In this document: piece by piece, positions 47,701-62,700 of the stretch
Position numbering within the stretch: the stretch's first letter is position 1
How the letters are laid out: the number at the start of each line of letters is the position of its first letter
Assembly (NCBI GenBank): GCA_949358305.1
Contig: OX442314.1
Location: 27,590,001 to 27,654,000 of the forward strand
Origin: Strigamia acuminata
Lineage: Eukaryota
Direction of reading: 5' to 3'
DNA: 64,000 nucleotides
Program-made: the position numbers and the translations under genes
The notes under the pieces: model-generated
Seen by the model: the letters and a program-made list of their open reading frames with translations, nothing else
Databases searched by the model: none
What the model was told of the DNA's origin: nothing

Positions 47701-50700
47701 TATTCACGAGGTCTGACTCCATTTGTGGTTTGGATGAATTATCGACAGGTATTTTCTTTAATTCATCGTCATCTAACGTATTAATTATATTTTCAGTCTT
47801 TTGACCGACTTCTTCGCCTTCTAACCATACTTCCTGGTCGAAACTCGGGAAATACGGAGTTAATTCAGACGAATGGACAGCTGGAAATATTTCGTTATTT
47901 TCTAGCTTTCTCAATTCTACTGAACCTCCCTGTAATACTTTGGTTATTACATAAGGTCCTGTTCTTTTATCAGCGATGCCAGCTGCAATGCCGCGGGCAG
48001 CGCTCGACAAAACATGAGAATCTCTCCAAACTAAATCGTTTAATTTAAAATTGGAGAACTTCTCACCTTCTTTTTTAAGATTAACTCGTCTACGCAAATC
48101 TAACACGTGCGACATCATGTGCTGATATGTTTCGGCGATAACGGCTTCTAATTTTTGCACGTATAAATGTGGGTTTTTTGGATCTACGACCAAAATTCCT
48201 TCAGGTATTCTTGGATCCCAAGGTACTCTGAGTTCGCGAAAAAAGTTAAGAAATGCGGGAGAGAAGTCTCTTCCTCTCGTCACCGTAGTTCTCAAACTAA
48301 ATGCAAATTCACGCAAATATTCGTCCCATTTGGAATGAACAGATGAATAAATTGCAACCAAATATTTGATGTCACGGTTAACCCTTTCAACCGGGTTAGC
48401 TTGTGGGTGATACGTTGAAGTTGGTGTTGGAACCATCTTGAACTTTTCACAAAATTTTTTAAAGACTTGGGCACGAAATTGCGGGCCGTTGTCAGAAATA
48501 ATTTTACGAGGGAATCCCATGCTCATGGAAAGGTGATAAATGCAATTTGCTACTTTTCCAGCAGTGGGGTTACACATTGGATATAATTCTGGCCAATGAG
48601 TTGCCACATCAAGTATGACTAAAATATGTGTGTTGTTTTTGCGCGTCCGAGGTTTTGGGCCGGTCAAATCAACACTTAGACAGTCAAATGGGCTGTAAGG
48701 ACCCATTTGCGCTGCTTCAATTTGTCCTTTCGTTCGAGGTTTGCAAGCTTGACAACGCTCACAATGTCGAATGAATCTCGTAATGTCCGATTTCATGCCT
48801 TTCCAGGTATAAATTCGGCGTGCTCGATAAAGAGTCCTTGCAATTCCTGGGTGGCCAGAAAGTGGGTGGCCATGCATCAGCCAAATAATTTTATACTTCA
48901 ATGTCTGAGGTACAAAAACTTTGAGTGCTCTCCCATCCTCCCCCAATTCATCAGACATTGTGGGATGAAATTGCATTAATAAGTCATCTTCAATTAAGAA
49001 GGTGGTTGCGTGTTTTCTATATTGTTTCCTCTGGAGTCGCGTTGTGACGTCAGGCGGAAATTGATTACAATTTAAAAAATTACGCATCAATTGGCAAACT
49101 TTATCTTCTTTTTGGGCCTTGATTATGTCTTCCCTTGTGGGAGGTTCACAATCAAGACGTTCTACAATTTTGGCGACAAATGCTTTTATTAAAACATTTG
49201 ACGAAGGAACTTGGAATTTCCTTGAAATTTGCGCTCTTATGACGTCATCTGATTCCTCAGAGGAGTCATAAATTTTAGTCCAATAGTTGACGAATTCATG
49301 ATCTTCCTTTTCCTCTAATGTGGAGACAGGAAGCTCATGGAATTTTCCCATTTTCCATTTTCGTTGTGGTGATGGACAGTAAGATAATAATTCGTCATTA
49401 TCTCCATCATCTTCAGGATTTTCTGGTTTATCAATCGGTGATCTGGATAAAGCATCCGCTAAAACATTTAGTGGACCTTTAATATATTGTATTTCGAAAG
49501 AGTAGCGCATTAGCTCCATTTGCCAACGCGCTAACCTTCCAGCAGGTTCGTCCAACTGCATCAACCATTTTAATGCTTGATGGTCAGTCCTTACTATGAA
49601 TGTTGTAAATTCCAAATAATGTCGAAATTTACGTAATGCCCAGATTACCGCTAGGCACTCCAATTCTGTGGCGCTGTAATTTATCTCAGCAGGTTGTAAA
49701 CTTCTGCTGGCATAAACACAAGGCACTTCGATATTTTGATCATCGATTTCTCTCATTTGCATAAGCGCGGCGCCTAGTCCTTTTCTGCTGGCGTCGGTAT
49801 GCACAATAAATGGTTCTGTCAAATCAGGCATGGCCATTGTTTCTGCATTCGTTAAAGCATCTTTTATTTGATCAAAAGCTTCTTGATGAATTTCTGACCA
49901 AATAAATTCCACATCCTTTTTGAGTAAAGGACGTAGAGGTTCTGTCATTACTGCCAGATTTTTAAGTAATCGGTGAAAAAAGTTCACCATTCCCAAAAAC
50001 CTTTGCAACTCTTTCAAATTTGAAGGAGCTGGCATTTCTTTAATGGCGGCGACTTTTTTAGGGTCGACACTAACTCCTTGAACACTTAACTTGTAACCAA
50101 GAAAAGTTAATTCTTTTCTGCCAAATTTCGATTTTTCTGGATGAACATGAAGATTTGCATTTTCAAGTTTACTCAGAATTTCTTCCAGATGAATCATGTG
50201 TTCTTCAAAATTTTTAGATATAATGATTATATCATCGAGGTATGCCCATGCAAATTTTCGATAGGCGTCCCCCAAAATTTTTTCTATTAACTTCTGGAAA
50301 GTTGACGGCGCATTTACGAGACCAAAGGGCATGACTCGAAATTGTAGTCGACCCAAAGGGCTCCAAAATGCAGTTTTAGCACGGTCGTTCGGATGAACCT
50401 CTATCTGCCAATAGCCTTTTGACAAATCTATTGTTGTGATCCATTCAAACCTTCCGAGTTCTCGCAAGATTTCCTCAATGCTGGGCATTTGAGGAGGGTC
50501 GTATAATGTATGTGCATTGAGTGGTCTAAAATCAATGCAGAGTCTTGGATCACAATCCGGACGCATCACTAGAACTATTCGCATCCCATAGTCTCCAGTG
50601 GCTTGTTCAACGTATCCATTATCCAACATATCTTGACAGATTTGACGGATAATTTCACGTTTCTGTGGATTTACGCTTTTAAACGGAACTCTAATCGGAA

Positions 50701-53700
50701 CTTTAGTGTCCAGTTTAATTTCATGCCTAACGAGGTGTGTTCTACCTGGTCGGCGTGATAAAATCTTTTCATGTTTCTTTAATACTTTTTCAAGCATTAA
50801 ATTATTTTCCATTGACAAATTAGCATCGCTAACAAGTCTTTGTACTATATTTTCTTCATCGGCAACTTTAGCTTGACATGCAGTGGCGGAACCAGCTTTC
50901 ATGTGATTTGCTTTAATAAAGTCGCGTTTCATGATTTCTTCGGGTGGATCAAGAAACTCTTGATAACGATCAAGAATCGCTTGAGGAACAAAAGGTAAAT
51001 CTTCTTTCAAAGACTTGACAAAATTCCAAGACATGGTCTTAGGATTTGGTTGAATATTGAGTCGATTCATGAAATCACATCCTAATAAAATAATAGGATA
51101 TTTATTTCTTAAAATTATGAATGGATGACTTAACATCCCGTGTGTCCATGCAAAAGAAAGTAGGAGAGTCCCTTCAGGGACTACATCTTCTGAAGCAGTC
51201 GTAACTCTCACATCCGGTCCTATTGGTCGAATTTCATCTTCCAGTTTCAGCGAAATTACTACGGAGTAGGCCATGAAGCTTCGATTAGCTCCAGAGTCTA
51301 ACATCCCTGTTATCATACCGTTTGCCGTCTGCAATCGAATCGTCGGCAAATCATTGCTGTTTGGTATGTCCGCGTACTTGCATTTAAAACGTCGCGGTGG
51401 CTTAATTTCTATTGGCGGATCCAATGGTAATTCGTCCAATAAATCATTAGTGACTAGCGTTGTAGCCATTAATTTTTCAATGCATTCATCAAGACCAGGT
51501 AAATCAATTTTACCTGACCTTTCAACAATTTCAGGTGTGGGCCTAGCTTTTCCATCTAGTAAAGTAACAGCATCTTTTATTTTAGATTCCCAATCAACTT
51601 TTATTTGTTGAACTTTTTCTTTAAAAAATTCTTCAGTGATGTTTTCATTTTGCAGCACAAGCCTTAAACTGGAAACATCAATTTTTGGAAATACTAAATT
51701 ATTTTCTAATTCTAATTTAATCTGGGTATTTAAAAATTCATCTAAAATCTGAGATGGTGTTAGTTCATTTTCCGAGGCGGTAGGCGTCGCATCCACTAGA
51801 CCGTCTGGATGCGCGCTTACAAGTTTTTTAGAAGCTCGCCGATTGATTTCATCGATTTTTCGAACTCCTCAATGATCTTGTCTTTGCTCGATTTCCTATC
51901 AGGACATTCTTTAGCCCAATGTCCCAATTTTTTACAAATATTACACGGGTCAGTAGCAGGCGATTTCGCGACTTTTGGCGAAGGCGAACTTGAACGTTTG
52001 GCTTCGTCCTTTTTAGGGGTCGGCGACTTCGATCTACTGAGCGCGTCTGTCTTTGGTGAACCAAAAGTAACGTTTTTAGGCGCCATCTTTGGTCCAAATT
52101 TTCGAGCTACTGCGTTATTACGGGCTAATAAAGCAGCTGCAGCCTCGCTTTCTGGTTCCGAGTCAGATTTCTCTGGTTCAGAAGCAGTTTCCATTTCAGT
52201 CACTTCGGCTAAGTGAGCTTTAGGGGTTGGATGTGGATTTTTCCCATCCGATCCCTTTTTAGATTCCTTAGCAGTCTCTGCCAAAAAATCTCCTCGTTTT
52301 GGGGGTTGCAAAAGAGGGGTGTTAGCAAAACGTGTGTCTTTTGCTAATTCCTTTCTCCGTTGCTGTCGCTTAGCGTACGCAACTTTTTCATCAGCTGGTA
52401 GATAAGCTTTATAATTTTCGTCAATCCTTATTTGATTGGCTCGCATAAATTTGGCTAATTCAGCGAAACCACCCGGATAAGGTGCTCGTACTGAAAGTAG
52501 AACATTTTTTGAATAATCTGTCAATCCACGTCGGAATTGACGATCAATGGCTGCATCTCCCATTGTATAAGGGAGAGTGACCAATAAATCCTCAGTCCTT
52601 CTTAAATAAGAGCGAAGACTTTCGCCTTTATTTTGAGAAAGATTATCCCACATTTGTAGTAAGTCTTCACTTGACTCCCCATATTCAGTCATGAATTCCT
52701 CTACAAAGTGATTCCAGTTTTGAAATTGTTTAGAATAAAACCATTTCTCAGCTCGATCTATAAGAGCTTTTGGTACTACTCTTTTCAAAGCAGTGTGACA
52801 TGCAATGCCATTCAACCTTGAAATTCGTAACACTTCATCTAAAAGAGTGGATCCAGCTTCCCATTCTCCATCGAATAAAGCGGGTTTGATGTGATCCCAT
52901 CTAATAGTTCTTTCATCAACTAGATCGTGAGTCCAGTTGTTGGCAGTATATTGTGCAATTTTTTGTCGTAATGCAATATCAGCATTATCGGCAGTAGCGT
53001 CAGATCGATCGGAAGATCGACGATCAGCTAATAATCGATCAATTTCTTCAGCAGTGTAATAATGTGTATTACGCCGAGAAGAATGGCCTCGATGTCGACG
53101 TCGATGAGATCGATGTCGATTATCGCGTTCTTGTTGCGCATTCACATCAGAATCCGACCTTGAATCAGATTGTGAATTTGAAGGCGTGTTAAAATGTGGT
53201 GTTTCAGGTGGGTCGGGTGGGTCGCCGTCATCGTCGGGCGGTCGACGTCCACCTCCAGGTGGTCCATCTCCATGTCCATCTGGATTTCCTCCATCTGGTG
53301 GATTTCTTCTATACTGACCCCCACCTGGCGGGCTTTCATGTCCGTCCGGCGGTTCGCGTGTTGGATTGGTGTCTCGTCGACTTCTTTTTGACGAGTCTTG
53401 CTGTTGAGTCAGTGGTATCGTTCGAGTAACATGAATACCAGTTTCATGCCGTCTATTTCGATCGTCTACTATCCCCAACAGTCGGTCACTGTTGTGAAAA
53501 ATAGGGTTTCGATTACCAGGGAGCGGATTGCGATCAGCTCTCCGTTCCTCAGAATCTGAAGGACGTTTTCTTTTTGAGCGATGGCGACGACGCGAACGTT
53601 GGTCGTCATCACTCGATAATCCAGATTGGCTACTTAACTCTGAAACAACAGAAATTGTTATTGTTTCGGGAGTCAAAATAGGGACAGTTGGCGCAGCCAT

Positions 53701-56700
53701 TTCTGGTTGCACCAATTGGTCAGTATAATTTCTTGCTTGCAAACGGTCTTTCATTTCTGCAAGCTCTTCTTGAGCGCGTAACAAGTCAGCTCGGAGAATT
53801 TCATTCTCGTTTATTTGATTTTGCGATTCTGGTTGTAATCGCTTAGCAGGGCCGCTAGACTTGACTTGTCCGCTCGTACTGGGTTGATCCAGCGAGTGGA
53901 AAATCTCGTCTTCACGCTTAGCTATTTTGCTTTCGCGAGTACGCTGTGTTTTAGCACGTGTGTCTAATTCAGCAGCATATCTCACTAGTTGATTATGATT
54001 GCGTTGGTAGTGGTCTGCCAAATCAATCAATTCTTTATTTTTCTGCTCCAGCTTACTTTTGGTAAGCTCGAGCTGTCTTCGCGCCTCTTGGTGTGAGCGA
54101 ATTGAAAGTTCATTTCTAGTATTCATTTTAGAAAGATCTTCCACTTCACCTTTTAATCTGTATTCTCTAGCTTTTTGGGCTAGAAATTCCTCATTTTGTC
54201 GATTGAGTTCCATGTGTTGAAGCTCAACCTCCGCTTTTTGTTGTTGAAGCTCAGCTTCTTTTCGTTCCATTTCAAATTGTAAATTTGAAACGGCTCGGTC
54301 AGTGTGAAGTCGTATCATGGCGCGATGAATCTCTTCCACCGTCATGTCGTCCGTTATTTGGGCGCCATCTTGGCGTGCTTGATTTCTCAAAGCATCCAAC
54401 ATGGTCATGCGAGGAGGTGATTCGTGAGACGATTCACTTTCCATTTCACGTAACGTATTTTCCACTTCCTCCAGTGGAAGTGGCGGGAGTTCTTGGTCGT
54501 TAGAACTCGCACTTGAAGCGCTTAATGCTCTAGCAACTTCATTTTCAGCATCCTTAAGTTGTTTCGGATCTGGAACTGGTGTTATTTCTTCAGAAATAAT
54601 TTTCTCCATAAGCATTTCAGGCTCGAGAGCCGGCAAAACCGTCGCTGCTCGTTTCTGAGTGCTTGGTCGACCTCGTTGTCGTTTTACAATTTGCATTGGC
54701 GTCGCCATTTTGTCAAATTGAAAAAGAACAATGGAAATAAAGGATTTTTTCGCAAAAATCGGATTTTAATAATCAAAACAATCCCGGACGGGCCCCCAAG
54801 TGCGGCGATCCGGGTTTTTACTTATTAAATTATATAAATTTAATAAGCAATCGTCGGTGAGATGCCGTACAGGACTTCTACTCTGTGGCCAAATGGTTGT
54901 CTAGGGGAATGATTTTACACAGAGTAAAGGAAAAATTAGATTGTTTTAATCGTTTTAAATACACCCGAATATAATGCGAAATAATAAGTGTAATGACTGG
55001 GTCGATCTGGTTTCTCTTCGTACTTGGACACTCACAGTTGACCGTTGGCTCCAAAATGGCGTCGATGGCGTCGTGTGAGCGCGGGATTTTAGCGGAGTAA
55101 ACTCGACGCTAAAATACTTTGCTAAAATATACTAAAAATCCTCGCGGAGCAAGCTCAACACGAGAATACGTCTTGCACACAGCGATTTGATTATTACGGA
55201 GCAAGCTCGACGTAACAATCCGTCTTAACACAATTCGCCTTGTGGAGTTAAACTCGACACAAAGCCTTCAAACTAACAGAGTAAACTCGATGTTAGTTTC
55301 ACACACAGAAATGGCTTAAATTACTCGTAGTAATTCAAGCTAGAAAGTTGCTATTCCGTACAGTGGGTACAGACCAGCGATGAAACTCAATTCGTCCAAG
55401 AATCACAGATCACACTTTGCAGTTTTGGCAGAAGTTTGACACGGTTGTGAACAGTTTGGAGGTGGAATCAAGAGTGCGGGAAGAGTGGGCCAAAACCGTT
55501 TGGCTCACTTCTAAATCTGCTCAGAAAAGCTGCGCAGATGACGAGTTGCATGAAGATCACACACGGCCGCCTTCGGGTCGTGTGCAACAATCGAGCCGGG
55601 CACGCGCGAGGGGAAGGGATGCTCCGCCCAGGCACACGCCTAGCAGCATCATCAAAGCAATGCACGCTGCAGCGCGATTGGTTGACGCTGTTGCTGGGCC
55701 AAAACTTGCTGCAAAACACAATATTATTTGGGTAATATTGTGTCTTGTTTTATATTTTATTAATGTATGTTTTATTTCAATTTACATTGAAACAAAACAT
55801 ATAAGTTTGTTGAATATGTTTATAAGACAATTTGGAAATATGGTGCGCACTCAAATAGGAATATTTGAGGTCACCACAAAATGTTTCTTTAATTATTTTG
55901 TAAAGACGACCAAATTGGGAATTTTACTATCAAAAGCGAGGGTCAATTTTGACCCAATGAGCAAATCAATTATTAGACATTTGATTGTTAGACGCTTGAT
56001 TGTTGGATGTTAAGTTAGAATCATTGATCCTCGAGTTTGTGAGTAAACTTTAACAATTTGCGTTCTCTGTTTGGTCGTGAATTTTTCCATGATTAATCTT
56101 CAAAATCTTCTTAACAAAATAGTCAAAGTTCGTGATTTTTGACCCACCCTGTACTATTCTACTAAACTAACTGTAAGTGAATCTTGATGTGCAATAATTG
56201 ACGTGTACGTTTAAACAAATTCTACATTACTTCAAGCTCATGCTGATTACATTGACTTCTCAATTGTCGTAAACTAAAAAATATCACTGAGGCAGCTCCT
56301 GCGTATTTCAATGGACCTGCAACAAGATAATGCTCGTATAAATATTTTTTATATAATTTTTGTAAAATGTCTAGTTAAGTACCGATGTCAGATTGATAGC
56401 ACGTTCCAGTGGGCATAGCTATTTTCCTCCACAACACATTAGCTTTTACTCCAGCCTGCTGAAAAAACATTTATGATCAACTTTCAGTTAAATTGCCATC
56501 ATGACATACATTTGCATATATTCTCTAGATAAAAAATTGAAGAGTTCTCATTGTTTGAATACAGTACTTGTATGTGCAACATTTGAGCTATGCGATTATT
56601 TTAAAGAAAGAGCTCGACTATATTTTGAACGTCCGTAAGTCGAATTTATGAACATTTATAGTTTAAAAATCTTCCGGCTTTGCAAAATATTTTATTTCGA

Positions 56701-59700
56701 AAAGCCTGAAGGTCGATAAAATAAGAACAAGTTTATTGTAACTTTTTTGGGGTTCTCAAACACAAATTTGAGGAAACAAGGGGTTATTTCTAGGGGGCGC
56801 CGTACTGGGCACAACATGCCTAAGAGCAACTTTGCGCTTAGGCATGTGATTTCACTAGCTGCATTCAAAAACTAAAATATTTTGTGTTTTACTTAAATTA
56901 TAAACCAAAAATGACATCATTTCCTGTTTAAACCCATGTTAAAACTTAAAATACACTTAAACTAAAATTGTTATTTTAATTTTTGAATGCAGCTACTGAT
57001 TTGTATGTGTACCGTATATCTTTGATTTGTACGCGGGCCTTTAATAACCCGCGGACCTTATTTAACACGCGGGGCCGAACTTTTTTTTACAAATAAGGCG
57101 CGGGCCTTGTTTAGCACGCGGGGCCAATTGTTACGTTTCCGAAACGTACCATAATTGTTGTTATGTCTCGGAAACGTTCCAATTGTAGGCAGAAAATTTT
57201 TGAAATGTGCCGAAAAAGGATGATAAATGGAACGTTTTGCATATGTTTCAGTAGAAATTAGACCGAAACACATGCAAAACGTTTCATTTATCACACTGTT
57301 TTCGTGATTTTCGTCGCAAATTGGCCGATCTTTTTTTCCAATTCGGAATAAACCGCGGGCCTTAAATAGCGCGCGGATCAAAATATTTTTTTGCAAATAG
57401 CGCACCCGAATCCAACACCCACTTCCCGTTATTTTCACTGCATTGTCCCGCGCGTTTGTTCCTTGCTGCGAGGCTTCGTTCTCCGATTTATTCTCCGATT
57501 TCCTCTTGTGGTTGGTCGTTTTCGTTGAGTTCAAGTGCTTCAAAAGCTTGCAGCGTCTTTTGTGGTTTCTTCAGACTGTTTCTTTGGTTCGGCTTCTTCG
57601 CATTTAGTCTGCCATTTTTGCCCTCTTTCTTCGGTTGTGTGCATTCGCGCAATGTCCTGTCCCACGACAGTTGAAGCATAACGTCATACCTACCCGTATA
57701 TCTTCCATTTGTCCGCGGGCCTCTATTTGCCCGCGGACCTCAATTAACGCGCGGGGAAAAAATTGGCGGTGTAAATAGCACGCGGACCTCGAACAACGTT
57801 TTGCATACGTTTCGGCAGAAAAGTACCGAAATGTATGAAAACGTTTCATTTGCCAAACGTTTTGCATATGTTTCGGCAGAAAAGTACCGAAACATATGGA
57901 AAACGTTTCATTTGTCACCCTTTTTTGCTGTTTTTTTCCAGCATCGGCCAATTAGCCAATGCTGCGTTTTTTGAACGTGTAAATAACCCGCCCCCTCAAT
58001 TACCGCGCGGGCCTCGATTAGCGCGCGAATTTTTTTGCAAATAGCGCACGGGGGCGCTATTGGAAGATATACGGTATATTGGCAGTCTCCCGTCACATGT
58101 CCCAGCATGTCATAATTGTACAATTCGTAGGATGGTGCTTTTCTCAAAACGTTTGTTTTTGGTCTCGTAGGTCGCATCTGGTGCTCGTGCTTCGGTGACT
58201 TTCTTCTCTTCCTGTATTTTGGTCTGCTTCAGCATTGTTCGAACTTCTCATTTGGTCAGCGATTTATTTGCTCTAATCGCTAAAACGGCTGGCTCGAATT
58301 CTTGTCGTAATCCGAATAGGGTATAAAAATGTCACTTCTTAATTTTTATCTCCTTTCCCAACTGGAGGCTTTTAGTCTTCAACACCTCGATCCGATTGTG
58401 GTAGTGGTCAACTGTCTCTGCTTTCTCCAGTTTGCAATGTGTAAGTTGTTGTATTTCGAATGTCCAAATCAAATGAAAGACCACACGTTAACGGAACAGA
58501 AAATAACACGTCTTTACTCTTCAAAAACAGTTTTTACAATAATGGAATGACACGCGCATAACGTGTCGTGAACGTTACAAAATCAGATAAAACGTCAAAC
58601 CAATGATAATTTACAACAATTAAATCTAACAAACCCTGCTTATAAATTATCATGAGTTTCAAAACAAACTTAAAATTAACATTCAACAATATCAAAAACA
58701 CGAAAAATGAATAAATTATTATTTGTCTTCACTCTTCTCTTTCTCCTCGACCTCGTTCATCTTCTCCTCGTCCTTCAAGTTTACGCCCTTTCGCCCCTTT
58801 GTGAATTTATCTTTTGCCACAGCTTTGGTTAAAAAGTCCGCGATCATTTCTGTTGAAGGTAAATGAATTAGTTTGATATTGCCGAGCTTCAGCTCGTCTT
58901 TAATAAACATTAAATGTCTATTAATGTGTTTTGTGCGGCCAAATTGGTTCGCCCCACACAAAACTTGAATCGCTGGTGAACTGTCGGTGTAGATTGGCAC
59001 ACTTCTTTGGACACTGCTCCCTTCTCCGACTTCACTTAGAAAATCACGTGCCCACTTTACGGATTTGAGCAGTTCGCAGATGGCCAAAATTTCGCTCTCT
59101 GTCGACGACATCGCAACGAGACGTTGTTTTTTCGTTTTCCAACTTATTGTTGAAAGTCCAATTTTTAAAATCATTCCCGTGTATGATTTCGCTTCTTGGG
59201 TTGAGCACCAGCTCGCATCAGCAAAACCTTGTAGATTTCCATCTTCGCTTGGGAAAAATAGTCGCGTTTCACTCGTCTTTTTCAGGTAACGCAGGACACG
59301 TTTAGCTGCCCTGAAATGCACTTGACGTGGGTCCCTTGCATACGTCGACAATGCGCTTATCGCAAATGATAGATCCGGTCGAGTGACCACCATCACGTGC
59401 ATCAGTGATCCCAATATTTGTTGGTATAATTGCTGATCAATTTTCTTCGAATTTTCAAAATCATTCAGGTCCTGACCGGTCGCCATCGGCGTGTTCGCGA
59501 CGATCCCGTCAAATAAGTCGTACTTCACCAAAATTTCGCTAATGTATTTCTGTTGACCAATAAAGACTCCTGCTTCCGTAATTGAAATTTCCATCCCAAG
59601 TAGGAAATGCACTTCACCCATGTCGATCACTTCAAAAACTCTTTTTAAACGTCTCATTATTCGGTCCAAAATTTTTGGTCGGGTGAACGCTGCTAAAATA

Positions 59701-62700
59701 TCGTCCACATACACTCCCAAAATAAGATAGTCTTTCTTCCTTTTGTAAATATAAACACACCTGTCGTTTACTAGCGGTATCAGGCCTATTTTCGTCAGTT
59801 CTTCGTCCAGTCGTTGATTCCAACATCTGCCCGATTGGCGCAGGCCATACAGGCTGCGTTCGAGCTTGCAAACGAAATCCTCTTGCTCATACCCCTCTGG
59901 CTGTTCCATGAAGATTGTTTCGTCAAGCAGACCGTAAAGGTAAGCTGTCTTGATATCAAATTGTCTTGTGAATAATTTGTGCTTCGCGACCATGGACAAG
60001 ATGATTCGAAGCGACTCCAGTCTGACCACTGGTGAGAAGGTTTCTGTAAAATCTATTCCGGCTCGCTGTGAATATCCCACCGCCACCAACCTCGCCTTGT
60101 ATTTGTTCACGCTTCGATCGGCGTTCAGCTTAATGCGAAATATCCACTTACTCTTGATTGTTGTCATTTTCTTCTCCCTCTTGACCAGGGTCCACATGTT
60201 GTTTACGTGTAACGAATCAATTTCGCTGTTCATTGCCTCTTTCCATCTTTCCTTGTCGGCACAGTTCATTGCTTGGTCAAAGGTTTCCGGTGTAAAAAAC
60301 TCATCTACTAATAGTTCATCTACAGCTTCGACCGCTGCATTGACCGCTTCATGCTGCGCTGCAATTCTCTGTGAGCGGCGTACTCCCTCTTGTTGCAATT
60401 GTTGTTCACGCAGTTCGAGTTGCTCTGCGTGGCGCTGTTCGAGTACGGCCTTCGTCGATCCCACTGGCCTCCCAACTCGTGCTGGTTGATCCAATTGTTG
60501 CTCCGCCTGTTGCTCTGGTTGTGGTTCGTCTTCGACTGCAACCGCTGGCTGTTGGTTGTTGTCATCCACGTTCGGCTCTGCAACAATGATTTCATCCTCG
60601 ATTTCTTGGCAAAATCGTCGTTTTTCATTTTTCTCGTTTAAACTAAAAATGTCCGCTCCCCGAATTTTCTCGTTAAATATAACTGTTCTTCCTTCTTGTA
60701 CCTTCTTGTCATCCGGAACGTAGACTCTGTACGCTTTTCTATCAACCGAATAGCCAATAAAAATCCCATGTTTCGCCTTTTGGTCGAGTTTTTGTCGTTT
60801 TTCTGCTGGGACGTGCAGGAAAGCCTCGCATCCAAAATTTCTCAAAAAATTTATTGCTTGCTTGCGTTTCGTCCACATCTCCTCCGGTACTAGATCCCCG
60901 TTTGGTTTGGTCAAAGAGCGATTCTTCACGTACACCGACGTGGCTAAAGCCTCTGCCCAAAAACTCAATGGTAATCCTGATTCCAACAGTAATGTCCGCG
61001 TCGCCTCCACGAGCGTTCGATTCGTCCGTTCCGAAATTCCGTTGCCGGACGGATTAAATGGCACCGTCAGTTCGTGGATTATGCCCTCTTCATCGCAAAA
61101 ACGTTTAAAATTCGCGTTCACAAACTCGCCTCCATTGTCACTTCTGAATTTTTTCAATTTTTGTCCAGTTTGTTTCTCCGTCATCGCCTTAAACGTTTTA
61201 AAAAACTCAAATGTCTGCGATTTTTCCTTTAAGAAATAAACGAATTTCTTGCGTGTGAAATCTTCCGTCATTATTAATGCGTATTTGCTTCCCGCCAAAG
61301 ATGAAACCTGAATCGGTCCTATTAGATCTGCATGCACCAATTGTAAAATCTCGTTTGATTGTTTTTCCTTGATTTTCTTGTAGGGACTTCTGGTCATCTT
61401 GCCCAAAATGCATGCCGTGCATTTTTCCAATTGTGCATCTACGTACTCCAAACCGTGAACCATTTCCTTTTTGGTCATTTTATCCATCGTCTGCTCGCTC
61501 ATATGACACAAGCGTTTATGCCATAATTCCTTCGATTCCTTGGTTGTCGTGGTTACTGCATTCACCTGTTCTTCTTTTGTTAACTGCAACAGGTACATGT
61601 TCCCATCTCTTATTCCTTTAGCAATTGTTTCTCCATTTGGGCTCTTTATGTCTGCCCAATTTCCTTTGAAGAAAATTCCGTAATTTTTCGCCGTCAAACG
61701 TGGAACCGACATCAAATTCCCCTTTAGTTCTGGAATAAACAGCACATCCATCAACAAAATCTTCATTGTCTGTCCTCCATCCAATTGGCAATTTAAAATC
61801 ACGTTGCCCTTTCCTGTAGAAATGAGCTTCACTCCTTTCTTTGCTGTCGTGACTATTGTTTCCATTTCAACAAATGAACTGAACAATCCACGTTTACTTG
61901 ACATGTGTGCAGAAGCGCCCGAATCCAAAATCCAATCATCAATGTGGTCCTCGTTCTCCAAATCAACAATGAGCGCATGCTGTATTGTTGCTTCTTCCAC
62001 TTGCGCAATTTTTGCCGTTTCTTTGGTTCGTTGCGCTGCCTGTGCAGGTCGCTTCTCAGGATAGCGCTGCCAACAATTTTTGGCAATATGGCCGCTTTTG
62101 CCACACTCGTAACATACTATTTTAGTCCCACCTTTCAACTTTTTGCCGCCAGAGTTCTTGCCAACTTGCGCCCGAAATGCCATTGTTGTGTTTTCCATTG
62201 CTGGTCCCCTCGTTCGGAATATTGAGTGTTGCTCTTCTAGTTTCAACGCCCGCCGCAACTCTTCAATTGTCGCCGTCACATTTGTTCGGGAATTCCTCGC
62301 GATATGCTCGTGTTTTTGCAAAAGTCCGCGTGTAACAAATAACATCAACTCACGATTTTTCACGTCTCGACCAACTGCTTTAGACCTGGCTTGAATGGAC
62401 TTGGCTCTGTTCAAGTAGCTGTCCACGTTTTCGTCATTTTTCATACGCAATTCCGCCAGTTCAGTTGCCGCGTCGATTTGCTGTTCCTCGGTCGCACCGG
62501 CATATAATGCTTTTAAAGCATCCCAGACCACTTTTGCCTCAGTCATTTCCATGCAGTTTGCTGCCTCCTCGTCCGACATTGTTAAAACGATGATGCCGAG
62601 CGCCTCGTTGTTCTTTTTCGCCCAATCGTCGTACGTGACGAGTTTATTCGCATAGTCTGCATCACCTTGGATGGGCTCCACCACCGCTGGTTCGGTTATC

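Larger units (their letters stand above)
43048..55878 (-). mobile_element. Full-length Ty3/gypsy LTR retrotransposon C (gag, pol, spliced ORF3)
   Basis: 1078-bp LTRs at 43048-44125 and 54801-55878; TSD AAAT; tRNA-Pro PBS TGGGGGCCCGTCCGGGAT (54798-54781); G-rich PPT adjoining 44126. The LTR starts TGTGGTGACC, as in element A. Confidence 0.97.
42977..56151. mobile_element. Tc1/mariner-type MITE (~340 bp) split by insertion of gypsy element C
   Basis: TIR CAGGGTGGGCCAAAAGTCACGAA at 42977 and TTCGTGATTTTTGACCCACCCTG ending at 56151, with TA on both sides. Confidence 0.85.

Noticed and set aside
56814..56858. Helitron 3' end (hairpin followed by CTAG)
   Set aside because: The CTAG is created by the adjacent MITE end and its TSD, and no 5' end was found.
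57058..58177. Several 60-160-aa ORFs
   Set aside because: They lie in a repeat-rich non-autonomous DNA transposon and show no transposase catalytic motifs.
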